From an uncultured Oceanospirillaceae bacterium (GTDB lineage Bacteria; Pseudomonadota; Gammaproteobacteria; Pseudomonadales; Balneatricaceae): a DNA stretch of 64,000 bases. The stretch lies in the NCBI GenBank assembly GCA_913057435.1, contig CAJXNY010000026.1, positions 582 through 64,581 of the forward strand. The letters run 5' to 3'. This document shows, in pieces, positions 33,043 to 42,364 of the stretch (position 1 is the first letter of the stretch; every line of letters begins with the position of its first letter). The notes beneath the pieces are model-generated. The model worked only from the letters and a program-made list of their open reading frames with translations, had not been told where the DNA came from and did not search any database. A program made the translations under genes and the position numbers.

Positions 33043-34089
33043 ATGCGAATTCTTTACGGTGTACAGGCGACGGGTAACGGTCATATTACTCGAGCCCGGG
33101 TGATGGCCCCGGCGTTGGCCGCGGCCGGTGTTGAGGTGGACTTCCTGTTCAGTGGGCGTGACCCGGACCGCTACTTCAGCATGGAGCCCTTCGGAGATTA
33201 TCAGCCCCGTCGGGGCCTGACCTTTGCGCTGAATCAGGGGCGGGTTGACTGGTTTAATACTTTGCGCAACTTGCACCTGCGCCGTTACTGGCAGGATGTA
33301 AACGCGCTCGACCTGTCCGGCTATGACCTGGTGCTGACCGATTTTGAGCCGATCACGGCCTGGGCCGCACGTAAGCAGAAGGTGCCCAGTATCGGCCTGG
33401 CTCACCAGTATGCGTTTATGTACCCGGTGCCCGGCCATATCAATCCGCAAACCATGGCGAAAATGGTGCGCTGGTTCGCCCCGGTTGATCAGGCCATTGG
33501 TTTGCACTGGCACCACTTTGGTCAGCCCATGCTGCCCCCATTGATTCAGCCGCCCTCCCTGCCTGTCAGCCATGTGCCAGACAAAATTCTGGTGTATCTG
33601 GCATTTGATCAGCGTGAGGCGCTGGTCAACATGCTGCGGCCATTCCCGGAGTCTCAGTTTTATATCTACACCGACATTGCCGAGCCGGTCGATCAGGGGC
33701 ATCTGCATTTTAGGCCTTTCAGTCGAGATGGCTTTCAGCAGGATCTGGCATCCTGCGCGGGGGTGATCTGTAACGCGGGATTTGGTCTGATTAGCGAGGC
33801 AGTTCAGTACGGTAAAAAAATTCTGACCCGGCCGTTAAAAGGTCAGCTGGAGCAGATGAGCAATGCCCGGGTGCTTGAGCAACTGGGGCTGGCGGTGGTG
33901 ATGGCCGAGGGAGATGAATACCTGCTGGAAGCCTGGCTGGATCGGCATGCGCCGATTGCTCAGCCGTGGCCGGATGTCGCCCCGGTGCTCAGCCGCTGGC
34001 TGGCGGACGGCGCTCAGACACCGGTGCAGGCACTGGTTGAACAGTTATGGACGGTGGAACCTGTCGTGAATCAGGCTCAGCCAGCCTGA
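33043..34089 (+). CDS. Glycosyltransferase (GT-B; resembles the MJ1255/VC2487 family)
   Basis: MRILYGVQATGNGHITRARV... at the N-terminus and ...VICNAGFGLISEAVQYGKKIL... in the C-terminal half. ATG lies 2 nt after the PAP2 stop. The family name is from memory. Confidence 0.7.
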   Translation: MRILYGVQATGNGHITRARVMAPALAAAGVEVDFLFSGRDPDRYFSMEPFGDYQPRRGLTFALNQGRVDWFNTLRNLHLRRYWQDVNALDLSGYDLVLTDFEPITAWAARKQKVPSIGLAHQYAFMYPVPGHINPQTMAKMVRWFAPVDQAIGLHWHHFGQPMLPPLIQPPSLPVSHVPDKILVYLAFDQREALVNMLRPFPESQFYIYTDIAEPVDQGHLHFRPFSRDGFQQDLASCAGVICNAGFGLISEAVQYGKKILTRPLKGQLEQMSNARVLEQLGLAVVMAEGDEYLLEAWLDRHAPIAQPWPDVAPVLSRWLADGAQTPVQALVEQLWTVEPVVNQAQPA

Positions 34090-34141
34090 AGGCTGGTTAT
34101 AGAATTGACCTGCTGGCACAATCACTGCTCTTTTTGTCAGC

Positions 34142-35044
34142 ATGGAGCCGCACATGACCACGGGCATTATTCTGGGATTGATGGCAGCTCTGCTGCAGTC
34201 GATCACGTATGTATTTAATGCAACCTTCAGTGCCCGCTACCCGGTCAGTGCCGTGACGCAGTTTGTGCTGACCCACCTGATCGTGGGGGGCTTGTCGTTA
34301 CTGGTGTTGCCATGGGTGTGGGTGCCCCAGATTCTTCAACCACAGCTGTACATCCTGCCGTTATTGGCCGCCATGCTGACTTTTCTGGCCGGACAGATCG
34401 CTTTGTACCGGGCCATTCAGTTGTCTGTGGCTTCCCGGGTATCCCCTTTACTGGGAATTAAGGTACTGGTGCTGGCGCTGGTTGGCGTACTGTGGCTGCA
34501 CGAGCAATATCAGGTGGAGCAATGGCTGGGGGTGCTGCTCTGTGTGGCCGGGGCTATCTGGCTAAGCCTCAGTGGTGGAACCGTCGATCGCTCAGCGCTG
34601 CTCTGGGTGGTCATTACCTGTGTCGGCTACGGCCTGTCTGATCTGTTTATTCTTGAGCTGATTCAGCGTTTCGATACGGTGTCGCCGTTGCATGCTGCCG
34701 GTGTCAGTGTGTCGCTCTGTTATCTGATGGTGGGCCTGATATGCCTTGTCTGGTGGCCCCGAATCCGTAATCGGGAGCTATTACTGGCCTGTTTCCCCGG
34801 CGCCCTGAGCTGGTTTTTGGCGGTGGCCTGCCTGTTTGGCTGTTTTGCTTTTATTGGCGTGGTGTTTGGTGGCATTGTGCAATCATCACGTGGTGTTATT
34901 TCTATTATTCTTGGCCTGGCTCTGGCCTGGTGGGGCTTTCGTTTTGCCGAGCCAATGCCGATGCGGCGGGTGTTTGTGCAGCGTTTCTCTGCCGCCAGCC
35001 TGATGCTGGTGGCGATTACCATGTTTACGCTGGGCGCGACCTAG
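34142..35044 (+). CDS. Polytopic membrane protein, DMT/EamA-like
   Basis: 300 aa with about 10 hydrophobic helices. The start may be ATG at 34154 (MTTGIILGL...). Confidence 0.6.
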   Translation: MEPHMTTGIILGLMAALLQSITYVFNATFSARYPVSAVTQFVLTHLIVGGLSLLVLPWVWVPQILQPQLYILPLLAAMLTFLAGQIALYRAIQLSVASRVSPLLGIKVLVLALVGVLWLHEQYQVEQWLGVLLCVAGAIWLSLSGGTVDRSALLWVVITCVGYGLSDLFILELIQRFDTVSPLHAAGVSVSLCYLMVGLICLVWWPRIRNRELLLACFPGALSWFLAVACLFGCFAFIGVVFGGIVQSSRGVISIILGLALAWWGFRFAEPMPMRRVFVQRFSAASLMLVAITMFTLGAT

Positions 35045-35544
35045 TGGCGGGGAAATCTGCCCGGCCCTGGCGACGCTGGCTGTTTGAGCTGGGTGCGGTG
35101 GTGCTGATTTTTCTGGTGGTTGATCAATGGCGCAGTCGCGCGTTGCTGGCGTCGACGGTGCCTGCCCCCGCTAGTGTCTTGCCAGCGCTGGCGGGCCACA
35201 CTGCAACCCTGCCTGCCAGTGGTCCGACGCTGGTCTATTTCTTTGCCCCCTGGTGTACGGTCTGTCATCTGAGTATTGGTAACCTGGTTGCGTTGTCCCG
35301 CCAGCAGCCTGAGCTGACCATCCAGCTGGTGGCGCTGGATTACGCGAGTGTTGAAGAAGTTCAGCGGTTTATTGCCGACCAGCAGTTGCCCTTTGCGGTA
35401 TTACTGGGCAACCGCCAGACCGCTGTTGATTGGCAGGTATCAGCTTACCCCACCTATTACCTGGTGAATAAGCAGGGGCAGATAACCGCGCGTAGTATGG
35501 GATACAGCACACAGCTGGGACTCTGGGTGCGGGCACAGCTTTAA
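35044..35544 (+). CDS. TlpA/ResA-like membrane-anchored thiol:disulfide oxidoreductase (thioredoxin fold)
   Basis: GTG at 35044 overlaps the upstream TAG stop. N-terminal TM WLFELGAVVLIFLVV and the CxxC motif FAPWCTVCH. The track ORF from 34930 overlaps the upstream gene. Confidence 0.7.
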   Translation: MAGKSARPWRRWLFELGAVVLIFLVVDQWRSRALLASTVPAPASVLPALAGHTATLPASGPTLVYFFAPWCTVCHLSIGNLVALSRQQPELTIQLVALDYASVEEVQRFIADQQLPFAVLLGNRQTAVDWQVSAYPTYYLVNKQGQITARSMGYSTQLGLWVRAQL

Positions 35545-35625
35545 TTCTATTTTTCTGACCAGGCGCTGTCGCCTTACTATTGTGGGTAGGGTGTTGATGT
35601 GGATTCTGGTCTTCATGGAGGTTTT

Positions 35626-36390
35626 ATGAATAAAACAGCACTGATTACCGGGGCCGGTAGTGGCATTGGACAGGGCGTTGCCTGCGCGTTAGCAGAGCAG
35701 GGCTATCATATTATTGCGACCGATCTGTCGCTGGACGCAGCACAGCGTACCGTAGCGATGATCGTTACACCGGGTGGCAGTGCGCAGGCGCTGGCGATTG
35801 ATGTCTCGAACCAGGCATCCATTGATGCTGCCTTTGACAAACTGGCAGACCAGCGGGTTGATCTGCTGATAAACAATGCCGGGCTGCAACATGTGTCGCC
35901 ACTGGAGGACTTTCCACCGGAAAAATTTAGTCTGTTAATCCAGGTCATGCTGACCGGCACGGCGATGATGACGCGGGCCTGTTTGCCGAAAATGCGTGAG
36001 CAGGCGTTTGGTCGGGTGGTGAATATTGGTTCGTTGCATTCACTGGTCGCTTCGCCGTTTAAAAGCGCCTACGTAGCGGCCAAGCATGGCCTGGTGGGGT
36101 TCTCTAAAGTGGTTGCGCTGGAAACAGCGGATACGGATATCACCATTAATACGCTGTGTCCGGCGTATGTGAAGACACCGCTGGTTGAGAAGCAAATTGC
36201 TGACCAGGCAAAAAATCATGGTATTACTGAAGAGCAGGTCATTAACGAAATCATGCTCAAGCCGATGCCGAAGAAAGCGTTTATCACGGTGGAAGAGCTG
36301 GCGGGTACGGTCAGCTTCCTGGCATCTGATCACGCCCGCAATATTACCGGTGAGACCATTACTCTGGATGGTGGCTGGACGGCACAGTAA
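35626..36390 (+). CDS. Short-chain dehydrogenase, 3-hydroxybutyrate dehydrogenase-like
   Basis: MNKTALITGAGSGIGQG... (TGxxxGxG), NNAG, catalytic S...YxxxK (SAYVAAKHG). ATG at 35626 follows GGAG. Confidence 0.8.
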   Translation: MNKTALITGAGSGIGQGVACALAEQGYHIIATDLSLDAAQRTVAMIVTPGGSAQALAIDVSNQASIDAAFDKLADQRVDLLINNAGLQHVSPLEDFPPEKFSLLIQVMLTGTAMMTRACLPKMREQAFGRVVNIGSLHSLVASPFKSAYVAAKHGLVGFSKVVALETADTDITINTLCPAYVKTPLVEKQIADQAKNHGITEEQVINEIMLKPMPKKAFITVEELAGTVSFLASDHARNITGETITLDGGWTAQ

Positions 36391-36417
36391 TCGAGGCGGC
36401 TAAAGAAGATAAAAGAA

Positions 36418-36445
36418 AGGCTCTGAACCGTCAGGTTCAGAGCCT
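36418..36445. terminator. 12-bp perfect hairpin, terminator-like on both strands (T-rich tail on the minus strand)
   Basis: AGGCTCTGAACC-gtca-GGTTCAGAGCCT. On the minus strand it is followed by TTTCTTTTATCTTCTTT. Confidence 0.6.
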
Positions 36446-36500
36446 CATAGCGTGCTGTGAGTGCGCACCGACTGAATAGCCGTACAGCGGGGCGTGCAGC

Positions 36501-36655
36501 ATAAAAAGGGGGATGCTTCATTCCCTGAAGCGATCCCCCCGTCTGGTATCCGTTACCCTGTGGTGTCTAATCCGCGTCCTGCGGGCATCCTTTCGGTCCA
36601 TTCACCACGTTGCGAGCCGTCCTTTTCATTCATTCCATGAACAGGAGATCCACGG
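36501..36655 (-). ncRNA. Candidate Csr/Rsm-family (CsrA/RsmA-sequestering) small RNA
   Basis: There is an orphan minus-strand intrinsic terminator (GGGGGGATCGCTTCAGGGAATGAAGCATCCCCC plus TTTTT) with no minus-strand gene upstream. The minus strand carries 10 GGA trinucleotides in about 160 nt, three of them in short hairpin loops: TTCAT-GGA-ATGAA, CCGC-AGGAC-GCGG and GCTTCA-GGGAA-TGAAGC. A CATAAT -10-like box lies at 36661-36666. Confidence 0.55.
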
Positions 36656-36831
36656 TCTTTATTATGGTGGCTGGGGCCAGGTTTGGTATAAGAAAAGTTC
36701 CTATTTTACCTACACAGTTAGTACTGTTTTCATAGGAACAGAATCGATCTGGATGCACTGTTAGCCTGGTGCCAGAGATTAATCCAGTCTGGCTCATAGA
36801 CAATATTAGCCAGCCAGGCCACACTAATTGC

Positions 36832-36918
36832 TGATGTCTTGTCGGGGTGCTTCAGAAATGAAGCTGAGATTAAACCCGTAGAACCTGATCCGGTTAATGC
36901 CGGCGTAGGAAGCGAGAT
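36832..36918 (+). promoter_or_regulatory. TPP (THI-box) riboswitch upstream of thiC
   Basis: Conserved aptamer elements are visible: CGGGGTGC...CTGAGA...ACCC...AACCTGATCCGGTTAATGCCGGCGTAGGAAGC. Confidence 0.85.
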
Positions 36919-37092
36919 AAACCGCAGCTGTCACATCTATACCCTGCGGCTTGTCCATAAGTGGATTATTTGCGGTGACCAGATTTTTTATCGAATCGGG
37001 TCGCCCTGGTTGAGTCTCTTAACCGTTGCTGCGCAGGCAGCAGTCCACCTCTCCTGAGTGTTTTACTGATCCCCGTCTGACCCAAACGATAA

Positions 37093-39021
<1,929 letters not shown>

Positions 39022-39263
39022 CGCTCAGACGGGCTGATTGCTGATACCGAAACCCTGCTGGCAATAGTGGGGTTTTTTATCGTCTGGACGTTGGCGCTAA
39101 TTGACAGCAAGGCTCAGGAGTGGCTGCTGAAGAGGCGTTGTTAAGGTGCTGGCTGGTGGCGGGGTTGGGTGCTGTTTGGCTTGAGAACGCGCTGACAGAG
39201 GCTGTAGCAGGAGGTATGGCTGAGGTGTCTGGCTTTGGCAAGGTCGGCTTGAGTTACAGGCAC

Positions 39264-39291
39264 AAAAAAACCAGCCGAAGCTGGTTTTTTT
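39264..39291. terminator. Intrinsic terminator after rpsT (bidirectional shape)
   Basis: AAAAAAACCAGCCGAAGCTGGTTTTTTT. Confidence 0.8.
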
Positions 39292-39311
39292 AACACTCAG
39301 TTAAGAATAGC

Positions 39312-39575
39312 TTACGCCATTGCCTTAACTTTAGTGTTCAGGCGGCTCTTGGTGCGGGCAATCTTGTTCTTAGAGAAGATGCCTTTATTTACAGAGCTAT
39401 CCATCTGCGGCTGAGCAGCAACGAATGCCGCCTGTGCTGCAGCTTTGTCGCCAGCGTCAATCGCTTTAACGATTTTCTTGATGTAGGTGCGCACCATGGA
39501 ACGCAGGCTAGCGTTGTGCTGGCGGCGATTCTCGGCCTGACGAGCGCGTTTACGAGATCCTGCGGAATTTGCCAC
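39312..39575 (-). CDS. rpsT: 30S ribosomal protein S20
   Basis: 87 aa: MANSAGSRKRARQAENRRQHNASLRSMVRTYIKK... Confidence 0.95.
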   Translation of the reverse strand: MANSAGSRKRARQAENRRQHNASLRSMVRTYIKKIVKAIDAGDKAAAQAAFVAAQPQMDSSVNKGIFSKNKIARTKSRLNTKVKAMA

Positions 39576-39742
39576 AGTCCGACTCCTTATAAACTTGGGA
39601 TTGGTATTTTCAGCGCGCGCGCTGAAAAATAAGAGGCGAGATTATTCATGCTTACGCTCTCGATGTCAACAAAAGCATAGCGGATAATCTGCCAGGGCGA
39701 GTATGATGAGGCCCATCTGTTGAACTGTAAAGGATAAAGGCG

Positions 39743-41305
39743 GTGAGTGACTCCCCGGCCAAGGAAAAGAAAGAACGCAGTCTGCTTCGTTCCAGTGGGC
39801 TGGTGGGTCTTATGACGCTGTTTTCCCGCGTGCTGGGGTTGCTGCGCGATGTAGTCTTTGCCAGTTATTTTGGTGCATCCGGCAGTGCCGATGCATTCTT
39901 TGTTGCATTCAAAATCCCCAATTTTCTGCGCCGCCTGTTTGCCGAAGGGGCATTCTCCCAGGCGTTTGTGCCGGTGTTGTCGGAATACCGTACGCAACGT
40001 TCGCTGGCTGATGTGCAGGCGCTGGTGAATCGAGTGGCGGGCACCCTGGGCACCACGCTGATTCTTATCACCGCGCTGGCGGTGCTGGCGGCGCCGGTGC
40101 TGACGGCACTGTTTGCGCCGGGCTTTTACATGGCCGACAGTGAAAAGTATGCCCTGGCCACGGATATGTTACGCATCACGTTTCCTTATCTGTTGCTGAT
40201 TTCACTGACTGCCTTTGCCGGGGCGATCCTGAACAGTTACGAGCAGTTTGCTGTGCCGGCGTTTACCCCGGTATTGCTTAATCTCAGTCTGGTCGGTTCG
40301 GCTGTTTTCCTCAGCCCGCTATTCGACCCACCGGTGATGGCGCTGGCCTGGGGGGTGATGATCGCAGGCGGAGTGCAGTTGCTGTTCCAGATGCCGTTTT
40401 TACTGCGGCTAAAGCTGCTGCCCAGACCAGTAGTTGACTGGAAAGACCCGGGTGTTAAACGGATTATGACGCTGATGTTGCCCGCCCTGTTCGGGGTGTC
40501 TGTGGTGCAGATCAATCTGTTGCTGGATACGGTGCTAGCGTCGTTTTTGCAAACGGGCAGCGTCTCCTGGCTGTACTTCTCTGACCGTCTGGCGGAGCTG
40601 CCGCTGGGGGTGTTCGGTATCGCTATTGCGACGGTGATCCTGCCCAGCCTGTCACGCAAGCATGCGGATCAGTCCAGCGAGCACTTTGCCCATACGCTGG
40701 ACTGGGCAGTACGGATGGTGATGCTGATTGGTCTGCCCGCAGCTGTCGCGCTGTTCCTGCTGGCTGAACCCTTGCTGGTCACACTCTTTCATTACGGTGC
40801 CCTGACCGATAATGATGTCTATATGGCGTCGATGAGCCTGCGGGCCTACAGCTGTGGCCTGTTGGCCTTTATGCTGATAAAGGTACTGGCAACGGGCTAC
40901 TTCTCCCGCCAGGATACAAAGACCCCGGTGAAAATTGGTATCCAGGCGGCGGCGGCGAATATGGTGTTTAACCTGTTGCTGATCGGCCCCTTTGCCCACG
41001 TCGGGCTGGCGGCAGCAACCTCGGCTTCAGCCTTTATGAATGCCGGTATGCTGCTGTATGGTCTGATCAAACTGGGCGTGTTTCGCTGGCAGGCGGGCTG
41101 GGGCATGATGCTGGTGCGAATGTTGGCGGCCAATGGCGCTATGGCAGGACTGATAGTCTGGTTGCTGGCAGATACTGAACAGTGGCTACAATGGGGCCTG
41201 GTTGATCGTGGCCTGCAGATGGCGCTGCTGGTGGCGGCGGGGGCGGGTATCTATCTGCTGGTACTGGTAATCATGGGCTTACGTCCGCGCCATTTACGGG
41301 CCTGA
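39743..41305 (+). CDS. murJ: Lipid II flippase MurJ
   Basis: 520 aa: ...LLRSSGLVGLMTLFSRVLGLLRDVVFASYFGASGSADAFFVAFKIPNFLRRLFAEGAFSQAFVPVL... GTG start. Confidence 0.9.
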   Translation: MSDSPAKEKKERSLLRSSGLVGLMTLFSRVLGLLRDVVFASYFGASGSADAFFVAFKIPNFLRRLFAEGAFSQAFVPVLSEYRTQRSLADVQALVNRVAGTLGTTLILITALAVLAAPVLTALFAPGFYMADSEKYALATDMLRITFPYLLLISLTAFAGAILNSYEQFAVPAFTPVLLNLSLVGSAVFLSPLFDPPVMALAWGVMIAGGVQLLFQMPFLLRLKLLPRPVVDWKDPGVKRIMTLMLPALFGVSVVQINLLLDTVLASFLQTGSVSWLYFSDRLAELPLGVFGIAIATVILPSLSRKHADQSSEHFAHTLDWAVRMVMLIGLPAAVALFLLAEPLLVTLFHYGALTDNDVYMASMSLRAYSCGLLAFMLIKVLATGYFSRQDTKTPVKIGIQAAAANMVFNLLLIGPFAHVGLAAATSASAFMNAGMLLYGLIKLGVFRWQAGWGMMLVRMLAANGAMAGLIVWLLADTEQWLQWGLVDRGLQMALLVAAGAGIYLLVLVIMGLRPRHLRA

Positions 41306-41410
41306 CAGGCAGCAGCACTGCCTTGTGTTGCGCGGCCTGTGGTGGTGTTGTGCGCAGCACAATCAGGGTATAATGGCGCGCTTTTCAAACTCTGTGGTAT
41401 TGGAAAACTG

Positions 41411-42349
41411 ATGGAACTGATCCGGGGACTTCACAATCTGCGCGATAAACATCGAGGTTGTGTGGCGACTATCGGCAACTTCGATGGCGTCCACCTTGGG
41501 CATCGTTGCGTGCTGGATCAGGTCAAGCACAAAGGTGCCGAGCTGGGTCTGCCGACCATTGCGATCATCTTTGAACCCCAGCCACAGGAGTTCTTTGCCG
41601 GTGAGAATGCGCCGCGCAGGCTGACCCGGTTCAGCGAAAAAATCCGCCTGCTGGCCGCCGAAGGGATCGACCGGGTGCTGTGCCTGAGCTTTAACAGCCG
41701 TTTGCGGGCGATGTCTGCTGACGAGTTTGTTGAGCAGCTGCTGCTGCAGGGGCTGGATGTAAAGCACTTTGTGGTTGGCGACGATTTCCGCTTTGGTTGT
41801 GACCGCAGTGGCGATTACGCCATGCTGGCGCGGGCCGGGCAGCAACACGGCTTCACCGTGGCTCACACTGACACCTTTGAAATAGACGCTGAGCGGGTTA
41901 GCAGTACCCGTATTCGTAACGTGCTGGATGGCAATGATCTGGCGCTGGCTGCGCGCTTGCTGGGCCGCCCCTATGCGATCAGTGGCCGGGTAGTGCTGGG
42001 CCAGCAGCTGGGGCGTCAACTGGGCGTGCCAACGGCCAATGTACGCACCCACCGTTACCCCAGCCCGTTGACCGGCGTGTACGCCGTGACGGCAACGCTG
42101 GCTGATGGCCGTATCGCGGATGGCATCTGTAATATCGGCAACCGGCCCACGGTGAACGGTACCCATCCGGTACTGGAAGCACACCTGTTCGACCTGAACG
42201 AAAATTTATATGGCAGTCTGCTGAACGTTGAATTCCGTCACTTTATTCGTGCGGAGCGCAAGTTCGACGGGCTGGAACAGCTTAAACAACAGATCTTCAC
42301 TGACATCGATGAGGCGCGGGCGTATTTTGCAGCACGCCCCGAAGAATGA
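41411..42349 (+). CDS. ribF: Bifunctional riboflavin kinase / FMN adenylyltransferase
   Basis: MELIRGLHNLRDKHRGCVATIGNFDGVHLGH...; C-terminal kinase domain ...LEAHLFDLNENLYG... The track ORF from 41339 is an N-terminal extension. Confidence 0.9.
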   Translation: MELIRGLHNLRDKHRGCVATIGNFDGVHLGHRCVLDQVKHKGAELGLPTIAIIFEPQPQEFFAGENAPRRLTRFSEKIRLLAAEGIDRVLCLSFNSRLRAMSADEFVEQLLLQGLDVKHFVVGDDFRFGCDRSGDYAMLARAGQQHGFTVAHTDTFEIDAERVSSTRIRNVLDGNDLALAARLLGRPYAISGRVVLGQQLGRQLGVPTANVRTHRYPSPLTGVYAVTATLADGRIADGICNIGNRPTVNGTHPVLEAHLFDLNENLYGSLLNVEFRHFIRAERKFDGLEQLKQQIFTDIDEARAYFAARPEE

Positions 42350-42364
42350 ACCCCGGAACTTATA

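Noticed and set aside
36724-36741. Possible GacA/UvrY upstream activating box for the Rsm-like sRNA: the imperfect palindrome CTGTTCCTATGAAAACAG (minus-strand reading) about 70-90 nt upstream of the putative start.
   Set aside because: The position is right, but the sequence matches the canonical TGTAAG-N6-CTTACA poorly. Only the outer TGT/ACA are shared, and the spacing is 2 nt short. It is not called as a feature.
36513-36764. 83-aa plus-strand ORF in the SDR-thiC intergenic region, together with minus-strand ORFs 36630-36824, 36966-37337 and 37063-37497.
   Set aside because: They have no SD and odd composition. They overlap the terminator hairpin and GGA-rich RNA candidate, the TPP riboswitch or the thiC 5' end. 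An RNA-level explanation fits better.
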